64,000 nt of DNA, taken from Octopus sinensis. Lineage: Eukaryota. Under the pieces are notes generated by a model. That model was given only the letters and a program-made list of their open reading frames with translations, did not search any database and was not told the DNA's origin. The translations under genes were made by a program, and so were the position numbers. The DNA is taken from the NCBI RefSeq assembly GCF_006345805.1, contig NC_043006.1, positions 96,224,001 through 96,288,000 of the forward strand, written 5' to 3'. Shown here piece after piece: positions 1 through 11,379 of the stretch (position 1 is its first letter; each line of letters starts with the position of its first letter).

Positions 1-109
1 CTTTCCATACAATAACCATCAGAGCATCACAACAAATCACTGCACATACCCAAGGCACACAGAGCTGTGCTCGGTAGTGAAGTGAAAGCACGCTATAAAA
101 ATAAAACTA

Positions 110-177
<68 letters not shown>
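1..177 (+). mobile_element. 3' end of a non-LTR retrotransposon running into a (TAA)n tract (possibly R4/Dong-like)
   Basis: Non-repetitive 3'UTR-like segment (...gaagtgaaagcacgctataaaaataaaactactg) directly followed by (TAA)n at about 113-177. No coding part is inside the window, so the clade is inferred. Confidence 0.4.
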
Positions 178-550
178 GAGCACTCAGCGCAAACTCAAGG
201 AAACACCAACGTCCTCTCAACAATTAGCCTGAGATGCTTTTGAAAATGACAATAAACCCGACTTCTCTCACGAACAAGAATGCTAAAAATTAACCCGATC
301 GTTCTTAAACATTCAGTGAAATACATGGAAAAATAATCCAAAATCCTTGTTCGGTACCTCTTCGATCTCAATGGTAGTTATGGATGTGTTACCGCTACTG
401 TTTATACGATGTGTTACCGCTACTGTTTATAATTCGCTCTGAGAGTTATCATTGTTTGATTTCACTTTTTCAATATCAGTGTCAATCGACACTGGAAAAA
501 GTATATGTATTTGTGAAGGGAGCTGACTTCTCGTCGACAACCATGATTGT

Positions 551-595
551 CACACGCTGATAAGAGGTAAACACCTTGAAACTCGAGTCCGTGTG
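551..595 (+). ncRNA. Minimal type-I hammerhead-like motif with G8A core substitution
   Basis: CACACG-CUGAUAA-GAGGU(AAAC)ACCUU-GAAAC-UCGA-GUC-CGUGUG: 6-bp helix I, 5-bp helix II, palindromic helix III (ACUCGAGU), GUC triplet. Confidence 0.7.
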
Positions 596-757
596 TATCA
601 TGAGTTGAAGATGGGGAGGATGACTCCCCTTCCCAAATACTGAAAGGACACAGATAGTGTGTCTATAGCCAGCTGGAGGAGATATCTTCCTGGGGCACAA
701 ACTACAGTAGCATCCACCCTTAGGGGTTAGCCATATTCAAATGGCAATATGCGTCAC

Positions 758-816
<59 letters not shown>

Positions 817-878
817 ATATATACACATGTATTATATGTATATTTTATATATTTATTGTTGCATTTCAGGACGGTCAA

Positions 879-1063
879 TTTTTTTGCCAAATAAATACAC
901 GCACTGTATAATTTCCTTCACTCGTTTACTACTGTTCTTATTTTATTATTTCCACAGATGTCCATTCTCCGGACAATGGACATGAGTTAAAATAATACAA
1001 TAAGAACGGTAATAAACGAGTGAAGTAAATATATATAGTACGTGTGTTTATTTCGTAAAAAAA
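879..1063. repeat. About 185-bp imperfect palindrome (MITE-like fold-back)
   Basis: Arm cactcgtttactactgttcttattttattattt pairs with aaataatacaataagaacggtaataaacgagtg; inner stem atgtccatt/aatggacat around an 8-nt loop (967-974). Confidence 0.85.
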
Positions 1064-1199
1064 AATAACCATCCCTAAATACAACAATATCCGTTTCAAC
1101 ACACGATTCCACACCACGTATCTTGCAACACAAATTTATATATTTATATATGCCTATTAACATATGTATGTCTACATGTGTGTGTTGTATGTATGTATA

Positions 1200-1392
1200 T
1201 CAGTCGCCATGATAGATCGGTAGCGACTATACACATTTTTTTCTCTCCTTGTAATTTATGTGTCCCTTTCTGTAGAAGAGCGTAGGCTCGAAACATAAAG
1301 AACCTTTTTCAATTCCGGAGCGTTATAATAATACATCTGTTTGTTTTATGCACCACCTGTCTTCGTCTTTTATTTGTTTCGTGAACTCTTCC
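1200..1392 (+). mobile_element. Penelope pLTR-like dispersed repeat with degenerate hammerhead remnant
   Basis: gaagagcgtaggctcgaaac motif and flanks recur in reverse orientation at about 10770-10915. Confidence 0.55.
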
Positions 1393-1421
1393 TATATATA
1401 TATATATATATATAGTATATA

Positions 1422-1500
<79 letters not shown>

Positions 1501-1506
1501 AGAAAC

Positions 1507-1697
1507 AAAACGGAAAATACGCACACTTACATGGTTATAGTATAATTTTTAATGTATCGACCGGTTTCGCAATCGCTATTCATGATACAATGTTTAATTC
1601 AATAAATTAAACATTGTATCATGAATAGCGATTGCGAAACCGGTCGATAAATTAAAAATTATACTATAACCATGTAAGTGTGCGTATTTTCCGTTTT
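1507..1697. repeat. Near-perfect 190-bp palindrome (inverted pLTR-like duplication)
   Basis: Two arms of about 93 bp with one internal mismatch and a 5-nt loop at 1600-1604. Each arm holds GC-GATT-GC-GAAACCGGTC, similar to the pLTR motif at 15640-15678. Confidence 0.9.
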
Positions 1698-1765
1698 TTT
1701 TTCTTCTTATATACATTACAATCCACCACGTGGGGACAACCGAAATTCCTCTTTTCTTTTACTAC

Positions 1766-1801
<36 letters not shown>

Positions 1802-1994
1802 ATATATATATATGCATATATATAAATCGATCAACAATCAAGCATTAAGCAATCGAACTTGAAAAATAGCAACAAGAAGACAAGAAGACGTACACATGGA
1901 GTGTCTTAATTTAACACTGAGTGGAAAGAAGAGTAGGTTTTTGACGTTTCTAGCATAATTACATAATTCAGTCGGCACAATCAGGATTTCATCT

Positions 1995-2160
1995 AAGGTG
2001 GCATGCTTAGTGGTATTTCGTCTGGCTCTACGTTCTGAGTTAAATTCCACCATTCAGCTTTTGCGGGTCGATTAATTAAATACCAGTTGCATAGAGAGAT
2101 CGATCTAATCGACTGTCCCCCTCCCCCAAAATTTCGGGCCTTGCGCCTAGGGTAGAAAAA
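1995..2160 (+). mobile_element. tRNA-derived SINE, family B (degenerate)
   Basis: Matches the recurrent gttctgagttcaaattccgcc...gccttgtgcctagagtagaaaa sequence seen at 4365-4830, 9718-9955 and elsewhere. Confidence 0.75.
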
Positions 2161-2553
2161 ATCAAACCAGTCACAATAAATGCCTAATTTTAATAGTAGG
2201 AGTACTGTCTTTTCATTAGAGACCTGAAAATGTCGGGTGCATTTTATGGTACTCAAGGTTAAGGTGTGATAAAATCGAAACAGAAGTTGTGTGTGGAAGT
2301 AATTTCCCAGTTCAAACTTCTGGCATGAAACCAGTTAGCAATTTGATTATTATGCGACTATAATATTGTAATATGTTGATGATAATAAACCAACTGTATT
2401 ACACAATATATGAGTGCGAAGTTTCATATACACACATACATGCATGATATATATATATATATATAGATATATATATATATATAGCGAGAGAGATATGTAT
2501 ATATATATGTATCTATCTATTTCTATATATGTAAATATACACTATATATATGC

Positions 2554-2599
<46 letters not shown>

Positions 2600-3061
2600 G
2601 TGTATATATGTATAAATATGTGTATATACATATATATACACATATATATGTACGTCTATGTATATATATATATCTATCTACATCTGTGTGTGTGTTTGTG
2701 TGTGTATGTGTATGTATGTATGTATGTATGAATGTATGTATGTATGACATATTAAGCAGCAGCACGATGTGAGAATATGTCTAAAATACCTCATGAATCA
2801 TTTATAAACGTTAAGTACTTAATCAATGTTTTTGGGGATTATATCTAATTATTTTAGATAAAAAGAAAATTCCTGATTTATTTCTCAAACAATGTATGAT
2901 AAAAATTATAATCCTAGCGAAATCAATATAATCAATCGGCCTAGACATGGCTGCGTGGTTAACAAGCTCACGTTGTAACCGCATGAATACCTGGGATTCA
3001 GTCCCACACCCGGACAATATTGCTCGGTCGGGATTGACATTTCACTAAAAATATTCAACCA

Positions 3062-3096
3062 CAGCTGATACTACAGCTGATACTACTACTACTACT

Positions 3097-3164
<68 letters not shown>

Positions 3165-3247
3165 ACTGCTGCCGCTGCTGCTGCTGCTAACTACTAATGC
3201 TACTATTACTACTGCTGCTACTACCACTAATTCTACTAATGCTGCTG

Positions 3248-3297
<50 letters not shown>
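3062..3297. repeat. Compound (CTA)n/(CTG)n trinucleotide microsatellite
   Basis: Direct reading of the sequence. Confidence 0.95.
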
Positions 3298-3299
<2 letters not shown>

Positions 3300-3870
3300 G
3301 CAACAGATAACAACGCTAGTGAGGACCTTAGCGGGGCCGGCAGCACTCGTGCAATGAGTAACATTTCGAATATAGATCGAACATCAAGAGGCGTCTGTCG
3401 AACAGCCAAAAGCATCTGTCTATACTTCGCTGCTGATTTTCTTAACTATGTCTTAGTATTAGATTCCTCGTTCGATGCTATATCAACATTAATTAATTCT
3501 TCAAATTAATTAGTCTTTCTTACTAAAATTAATCACTATCTGAATTGGTTAATTTACCTTTAGCTGGGCATCGGTTTTGTTATGAATCAAAAGAAACGAT
3601 TTCAATGAATTAATATTCATTTTGTGATTTGGGCACAAGGCCACAGATATTGGCAAAAGAGCCACATAGAATTAATTAAGTCTATCTTAGTATTTAATTG
3701 CAATTATTATTCCGCGGTCCATAGATGGTCCATTGATTTTGACAAGAAGGCTTCAACCCAGAGCATAAGGTTCACGTCCATCAATATTAAAGGAACGTAA
3801 TCAAAGATAAATAGTTTCTAGACCAGTACTGCCCTCTCTGTCCGCCACCTACACATCACTTTATCATATC

Positions 3871-4245
3871 TATGAGGAGGTATCAAAATGTTTCAGGACT
3901 AATTAAGTGTAATAAATAAAAGTAACTTATTTACCAGAGTTTTCACATCATCTCCTTTGAAATAAACACCTTGCTCTTCAATACACCGGTCCCAGCATTT
4001 CTGTCCATTTAGGAATTCGGCCTGGGAGTCGCTTTCCGTAAACGAGTCGAGGACCTTCTGCAATTCGCTCTGGATCTCGACAACGGTGTTAAAACCGTGA
4101 ACTTTGAGCTGCATTTTTATCTCAGGGAAGAGATGAAAGTGCACAGGTGCTAAATCTGATGAATAAGGCGGGTGCGGAAGCGACACCATGTTGTTTATGG
4201 CGAGACACTGACGATTGAGGAGAGCTCGGAGAAGAATCTAATTCT
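3871..4245 (-). mobile_element. Mariner transposon 3' fragment with one TIR
   Basis: ORF 3899-4189 contains LPHPPYSSDLAP..FHLF and WDRCIEEQGVYF (mariner catalytic C-terminus). TA plus TIR tgaggaggtatcaaaatgtttcaggact at 3871-3900. Confidence 0.9.
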
Positions 4246-4364
4246 TCGCGCTCCATAGATCCGGTCACTTTCGCCAAATGTCCTCCCTCAAACGCTTCAA
4301 AAGGTCGCCCTCTCCCAAAATGTGGGGCCTTGTGCCTTGAGTAGAAATAAATATAATAATTTTG

Positions 4365-4830
4365 GAAGGCGGCGAGCTCGCAGAAACGTTAGCACGCTGG
4401 GTGAAACGCTTAACGGTATTCCGTCTGTCTTTATGCTCTGAGTTCAAATTTTGCCGATATAGATGCCGCCTTTCATCCTTTCGGGGTCGATAAATTAAGT
4501 GCCAGTTACGTACTGGGGTTGATCTAATCGACTGGTCCCCTCCCTCAAAATTTCGGGCCTTGTGCCTAGATTAGTAAAGAATATTCTGTCTCTGAAAGGC
4601 GCCGATCTGGCAGAAACGTTAGCCTGTCGGGCGAAATAATTAGCCGTATTTTGTCTGCCGCTACGTTCTGAGTTCAAATTCCGCCGAGGTCAACTTTGCT
4701 TTTCATCCTTTCGGGGTCGATAAAATAAGTACCAGTTACGCACTAGTGTCGATGTAATCGACTTAATCCGTTTGTCTGTCCTTGTTTGTCCTCTCTGTGT
4801 TTAGCCCCTTGTGGGTAGTAAAGAAATATG
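4365..4830 (+). mobile_element. Two tandem family-B SINEs (about 4365-4582 and 4594-4830)
   Basis: Two successive copies of ggcggcgagctggcagaaacgttagc...gttcaaattccgccgaggtc...tttcggggtcgataa. Confidence 0.85.
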
Positions 4831-4914
4831 TATTTCGTCTGCCGTTACGTTTTGAGTATTTTACCGGTAATGCAAAACATAATACGAACGCCAGTCTATC
4901 ACAGAATTAACTCC

Positions 4915-5045
4915 TTTTTACCATCTGAGTGGACTGGAGCAATCTGGAATGAAGTGTCTTGCTCAAGAACACAAGGTATTTCGCAGTCCAGTGCAGGAAT
5001 CGAAAACAGAATCTTACGATCTTGAATGCAGCGTCTTAACCATTA
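4915..5045 (-). mobile_element. Family-C SINE 5' fragment
   Basis: gagtggactggagcaa...aagtgtcttgctcaagaacaca...ggaatcgaa matches 32135-32250. Confidence 0.7.
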
Positions 5046-5436
5046 CGATTTCTTCTTTGTATTTCTTTTGCCGGACTAGCAAAGTTATGGAAACGTAAAC
5101 AAACCAACACTTGGTGGCAAACGGTATTGAAGAGACGAACATAGAAAATGCACACACATACAAACACAAATACGACGGGTTTCCTTACAGTCTCCAACCA
5201 CAAGCTACTGGTAGGTCTAACGCTACGGCTGAATATTCTTGCCCAAGATGCTACGCAGTGGGCCAGAACTTGCTAATATACATTTGCAAAGCAAGCTTCT
5301 TAAAACCGCTGCCAACACTGCGTAGATATTGACCAAAAACGACTGGAGAGTTCCGAGTCTTCCTGCAAAATACCTGGTAAGGTAAGAATAATTCAAAATG
5401 GAACAACGAACGTATGCAGACGAAATCGATGTTTCA

Positions 5437-5815
5437 TCTCTCTCTATATAAACGGCAGTTTGTCTGTCTGTGTTTCTGTGTGTCTGTTTGCTTGTTACCC
5501 TCACCCTGACCACGGCTTTCAACCGATTCTGATGAACTTGACACACACATAGCCCAATGTCATAATTCAAAACTAACGCAGCGAAAATTTTGAAAAGTCC
5601 CCCCAGTTCTGAAAAAGATCGATAAATTCAACATGGGGTCGACATCGAAATACAAACCACGATGGTCATGGGGACGCACTCGATCTTTTTAACTATCAAA
5701 AAAAATTTACCATCTTTTTTTCCCATTTTTTTGCTATTTTTTGGCTATAACTCTCAAAAAATCCTTTATAGTTATTTCCCTTACAAACCCGAGCAACGCC
5801 GGGCGATACTGCTAG
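5437..5815 (+). mobile_element. Non-autonomous Helitron
   Basis: 5' A|TC, 3' hairpin cccgagcaacgccggg followed by CTAG|T at 5812-5816, no TSD. Confidence 0.8.
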
Positions 5816-6158
5816 TCTTGAATAAAATAGGATTCGTAGGATAAGTCTACTGCAAGCAATCAACAGCTAATTGGAAATATCGGAAAATATACTGTAATTA
5901 ACCTACAACATAGAGAAAGATTTTGGAAATCTGTGTAAGTTTGGCAGTTGCATCAAGATAAGAAATATGGGGTGCCTCCGGATATGCGTCTTCAAAAGCA
6001 TCAAACAATTGCACATTGTGCACATAGCATGCTATTTACTTTCATACGCAACATATGTAAATATACACGTTACAAGACACACATATCTTCAAATATGTGC
6101 GTGTCGGTGTTTGTGCGTGTGTGTATATTATATATATACCTTTCTTGTAATATGTGTA

Positions 6159-6207
<49 letters not shown>

Positions 6208-6573
6208 ATATATATACTATATATATATATATATATATATATAATTTGTGAAATAGAAAGATGAAATAATCTTTGTAGTGGATTAATCAAAAGTTTAACG
6301 ATACCTTAGTAGCAATAAAAAACTATTAACCGATACTTAGTAGCAATAAACATCCAATATTCTTTAAATAGTCAGAACTTTATTCCGGTCACAAGAAACA
6401 TCTATACACCCCCACCCACATGTTTGACCGATGCCTGACCTGTTGAATTCTTCAGCCACCGGTTCTCAACATACACTGATAAACAGTTTCGCCATGGGCT
6501 CTTAGGAGCACAGTTCGATTTGTTTTTTTTGCTCTGCCTCTGTTCTGTTTTTGTTTTTCACGGATTTCCTTTT

Positions 6574-6662
6574 TTTCTTCCTGAAGAGAAAGACAACAAT
6601 TGGTCCCATTATTCAATCGGATTTTGGTAATTTGTGCCTTTCGAAACCCGTGTAGAATGAAA
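6574..6662 (+). ncRNA. Type-I hammerhead ribozyme motif, canonical core, long helix II
   Basis: UUUCUUC-CUGAAGA(6581-6587)-GAAAG...CUUUC-GAAAC(6643-6647)-CCGU-GUA(6652-6654)-GAAuGAAA; G10.1-C11.1 pair intact. Confidence 0.75.
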
Positions 6663-6877
6663 TAAAACGATTTCTGTTCAATCTGCGTTCAGCTCCATTT
6701 CTTCAATTCATTCACAATAATGTTATATATATATATATATTATATATGCACCAATATGTGTGTATGTATATTCATATGCTGGCATGTGAATGTATGAATG
6801 TATGGGTGAATTAGAATATTTCTATTTGTGGCGAGTAGATTGATACGTATGTGTGTGTATAGACACCTATATATATG

Positions 6878-6932
<55 letters not shown>

Positions 6933-6950
6933 CATACATACATATATATA

Positions 6951-7050
6951 NNNNNNNNNNNNNNNNNNNNNNNNNNNNNNNNNNNNNNNNNNNNNNNNNN
7001 NNNNNNNNNNNNNNNNNNNNNNNNNNNNNNNNNNNNNNNNNNNNNNNNNN
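6951..7050. other. Assembly gap (100 N)
   Basis: Run of N. Confidence 1.
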
Positions 7051-7230
7051 AAATGAATTTCTATAAAAGTCTTCATTTCTACTATTTACCTTCTGTGTTC
7101 AAATCATACCAAGATAAGTTTTGCTCTTTATTCTCCCTGGGACAATAAAATAAAGAATTAAACCAGAACGGCAGAGTGGCAGTTTTCTGAGAGCATTTCA
7201 AAAGATTTTTGAGAAGCTTATACATATTCA

Positions 7231-7640
7231 ACAGGAGCAGGCGTAGCTGTGTGAAAAGAAGCTTGCTACCCAACCACATGGTTCCGGGTTCAATCCCACT
7301 GCGTGGCACCTTGGGCAAGTGTCTTCTACTATAGCCTTCGGGCGACCAAAGCCTTGTGAGAGAATTTGGTAAGCGGAAACTGAAAGAAGCCCGCCGTATA
7401 TATGTGTGTGTGAGTGTGTATGTTTATATGTTTGTGTTTGTCCCCCAACATCGCTTGACAATCGATGCTGGTGTGTTTACGTCCCCGTAACTTAGCTGTT
7501 CGGAAAAAAAGAGCGATAGAATAAGTACTAGGCTTATAAAGAATAAGTCCTGGGGTCGATTGGCTCGACTAATTGTGCTGCTCCAGTATGGCCGCAGTCA
7601 AATAACTGTAAAAAGTAAAAGAATAACAGAATAAAAGAAT
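7231..7640 (+). mobile_element. tRNA-derived SINE, family A
   Basis: A/B-box-like head (gctgtgtg...ggttccgggttcaatccc), central (TG)n, tail ending gtaaaagaat; many copies in the window. Confidence 0.9.
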
Positions 7641-7649
7641 GTGTGTGCA

Positions 7650-7856
7650 TTCTTTTCCTTTATTCTTTTACTTATTTCAGTCATTTGACTCTGGCCATGC
7701 TCGAGCACCGCCTTAAAAGGGTTTAGTCAAAGAAATCGATCCCAGGACTTATTCTATGCAAGCCCAATTCTTGTTCTATCGGTCTTTTGCCGAACCGGGA
7801 ACATAAACACACCAGCATCGGATGTCAAGAAATGGCGTGGACAAACACAGACGCGC

Positions 7857-7892
<36 letters not shown>

Positions 7893-8052
7893 CCGGCTTC
7901 TTTCAGTTTCCATCTACCAAATACACTCACAAGGGTTCGGTGCCCGAGGCTATAGTAGAAACTTGCTCAAGGTGCCATGCAGTGGGACTGAACCCGGAAC
8001 CATTTGGTTGGTTGGGATGCAAGCTTTTTACCACACAGCCACGCCTACGCCT
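7650..8052 (-). mobile_element. tRNA-derived SINE, family A (tail-to-tail with previous copy)
   Basis: Reverse complement of the family-A sequence. Confidence 0.85.
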
Positions 8053-8221
8053 ATGTGGATGTGTGTGTGTTTGTGTGTGTGTTTGTGCGTGTGTGCGTGC
8101 GCGCGTATATATGTGTGTGTGTTTGAGTCTGTGTTAGTCTCCCGCCACTACTTGACAGCCGAAGCTGGTTTGTTTACGTTGCCGTAACTTAGCGGATTGA
8201 CAAAAAAAACATAAGATAATT

Positions 8222-8432
8222 CCTTTCTACTCTAGCGACAAAGGCCAGAAATTTGGGGTACGGGGCTAGTCGATTTGATCGATCCCAGTACGCAACTAGT
8301 ACTTAATTTATCGACCTCAAAAGGATAAAAGGCAAAGTCGACCTCGGTGGAATTTGAACTCAGAACGTAAAGACAAATGAAATAATGCTAAGCATTTCGC
8401 CCGGCGTGCTAACGTTTCTGCCAGCTCACCGC
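8222..8432 (-). mobile_element. Family-B SINE
   Basis: Reverse complement of the family-B sequence. Confidence 0.85.
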
Positions 8433-8916
8433 GTAAAACGATAAAATAATTAGCAGACTGAGGAAACGGTCGTTTCATTCGACTAAAAAGTTCTTCAAGG
8501 TGTTGCTACAGTATGGCCACAGTCTCATGACTGAAACAAGTAGAAGATAAAGTCTCTATACATTCTCACTTCCAGTGATTCCAAGTTAAGTTTTGTTTAT
8601 TCTTTCGACGTTGATAAAAGAAAGTACCATTTCTGGACGGTGGAAAAGCGGAAATTGTAGGCGCTTTAGACAAAAGGCTGTGGTGGAGTTGTTCCGGTTC
8701 CTTGCGCTCTGAAAGCACAGGAAGAAATGGCCATCTTGTCTGTATCTAACCGACAATATAGCGTCTTGGGGAAAAAATGCTCGAAAGGCGTCACAGGAAA
8801 CTGCCTTTTGTATTCTCACTTGAAAATTCCTTAACAAGCACGTCAAGCGATCGCGACCTAATGAAAGGAAAAAAAATATCCTTCTAATTCTTTCCCTCTC
8901 TCTATCTCTTTCTCTA

Positions 8917-8981
<65 letters not shown>

Positions 8982-9717
8982 CATTTTTCTTATTATTCTC
9001 ATTGTGCCACTTACTCCCCCCTCTCTCTCTCCCAATGTCTTCCTCAGTTTTTCATCTTGATGTTGTTATCGATGTTCTTATTCGTTCCCTCTTACATTTT
9101 TTGCAATTTAGTTAACATTTCACTAGGCCTCCTCTTTCTTCTCTCTTCTCTATCTGCCTTCCACTCTTTCTCTCTATCCCTCACACTCTCTCCCGCCTCT
9201 CCCTCTCTTTCTGTTTCCCTTTATTCATCCGTCAATCTTTCATTCTGTCTATCTGTTTTTCTATCTAAACCCAATGTCTTCCTATCTATTTATCTACCAT
9301 CTTTTTTATGAATGCTCTCCATCCATTTATCTATCACACAGACCTTATCTATATTTCTACCTATTTCCATACCAGCCTTCCTCTTTATCTCTTTTATTTA
9401 TCACTCTTTCCATCTTACTATCGATCGATTAATCACTTCATCTCTTCTCAATTCCTGCTGTTTTCCGTTTTGTATCCTTGTTTTTATTTTATAATCATAT
9501 GTCCCTCTATCTAACTTTCTCTCGAAACATATATATATTTCAATATCTCTCCTCTCTTTCCTCGCCTTCCCCTCTTTCACTTCTCCTTTTCTTCCTATTC
9601 TCTCTATCTTTCTCTCTCTATCTTTCTCTCTCTCTCTCTCTCTCCGTATCATTATTCCAACGTCTAATCTACCGTCTCCCTGCTTCCTGTCAAATATTAA
9701 TATTTATTACAAAATAT

Positions 9718-9955
9718 TGCCAAATTCTAACATCAAATAGCGGTCATCTGGCTGAATCGTAAGCACGCCTGGAAAAATACTTAATGGAATTTCGTCCGTC
9801 TTAAAGTTTAGGGTTCAAATTCCGCCGAGGTCGACTTTGCCTTTCATCCTTTCGGGGTCGATAAAGTAAGTCCCAGTCGAGCATTGGGATCGATGTTATC
9901 GACTTACGTCTGTCCTGAATTTGCTGATCTTTGACCAAAATTCGCCACCAATGTT
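9718..9955 (+). mobile_element. Family-B SINE (degenerate)
   Basis: gttcaaattccgccgaggtcgactttgcctttcatcctttcggggtcgataa core. Confidence 0.8.
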
Positions 9956-10364
9956 TTATTAAGAAATCATATGGCACTTCATTTCGATGCTACAACCCAG
10001 TAGAAAATCTAGATTTTCACTCGATGTATTAGAAATGGCAGCCTCTTCTCCCTCAAACTACAACCCGCATATTTTAACTAAGCAGAAGTCATACTAAAAA
10101 AAAGAAACAGGTTGAGCTCGGCCATTGGTTACATGCCAACTTTTTCTGGTTCGTGGTTAGTTGATGTTTTTGTTTAATTCCCGCTCGGCCTTGATCGATA
10201 AGGCCTATAGTTAAAGGCATTCTATTCGCAATCATCCCATCATCGCTTCAGATGCCAAGATACCAAAAATTCTCGAAGTGTAGTACAATGGCCTTGCTAT
10301 GGAATGGTGAAACTATTTCCCCGTTTTCTGAAAAAGCAGGCATTTTTGCATAAAAGCAACAACA

Positions 10365-10404
<40 letters not shown>

Positions 10405-10446
10405 TATATATATATACATATATATTTTATTTTATTTTATAGAAGG

Positions 10447-10496
10447 AGCTTCTACAGACTAGAACTGTTTCATTCAAAAGAAATCATCAGGAAGCT
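10447..10496 (-). ncRNA. Type-I hammerhead ribozyme motif
   Basis: Minus strand: AGCUUC-CUGAUGA-UUUC(UUUU)GAAU-GAAAC-AG(uucuagu)CU-GUA-GAAGCU; 6-bp helix I, 4-bp helix III, U.U at 10.1-11.1. Confidence 0.75.
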
Positions 10497-10707
10497 AGGT
10501 GACAAGAATAGTTTTGGCATTTATACATTTAGGCAGATTTAAAGTGGTGGTGGTGGGGGACCTTTTGGGGTAGTACAACAGTTTTGCTATAGAATGGTGA
10601 AACTATTTTTTTCATTTTCTGAAAAAGGTAATGATTTAAACTTACAACACTTTTGCATAATAGCAACAATATATATATATGTGTATACATACATACACAC
10701 ACACACC

Positions 10708-10744
<37 letters not shown>

Positions 10745-10769
10745 ATATATATCATGTATATAGTTGAAA

Positions 10770-10915
10770 TTTATAGGAAAAGAAAAGACGAAGACGGGTA
10801 TATGAACAACAAGCGAGTGTATTAGTTTGACGCTCGGGAAAATGGAAAAGCCTTCTACGTTTCGAACCTACGCTCTTCGACAGAAAGGAATAAGAGAAAA
10901 TAAACAGAGAGAGAA
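10770..10915 (-). mobile_element. pLTR-like repeat with hammerhead-like motif (A6U) at 10851-10888
   Basis: Minus strand: CCUUU-CUGUCGA-A-GAGC(GUAG)GUUC-GAAAC-GU-A-GAAGG; same family as 1200-1392. Confidence 0.6.
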
Positions 10916-11209
10916 TGAAAAAAAAACTTGTAGATTCCAGCGTTCCAGCATGGCAACCATTTGTATATATTAGTAGATCCAACTTACACAGAGCAGAAGT
11001 GACAGAGCAAGCAGTGTTAGAGGGAGGACGTAGGAGGGTCAGTGAGGTTATAGAGAGTATTAACACATGCCCAAACCAAAAAAGCCCACGCTGGTCATCC
11101 TTCCGCTTACATGACCCTCCTTCGCACCACTCCTCGGCTGTTCGTGTGACGTCACTGAGCTATACTTCCAGCCAACCCAGCCCCATAAACAAACATATAG
11201 ATAAATAAA

Positions 11210-11305
11210 TAGATAGATAGATAAATAAATATAGATATAAGTAGATAGATACATAGATACATAGATAGATAGATAGGCATGTAGATAGATAAATAGATAG
11301 ATATT

Positions 11306-11379
<74 letters not shown>
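11210..11379. repeat. (GATA)n microsatellite
   Basis: Direct reading. Confidence 0.95.

Noticed and set aside
3045-3227. Poly-Ser/Val ORF
   Set aside because: Product of the (CTA)/(CTG) microsatellite; no flanking coding signal.
6900-7100. Sequence change across 6951-7050
   Set aside because: Assembly gap; adjacency across it is not informative.
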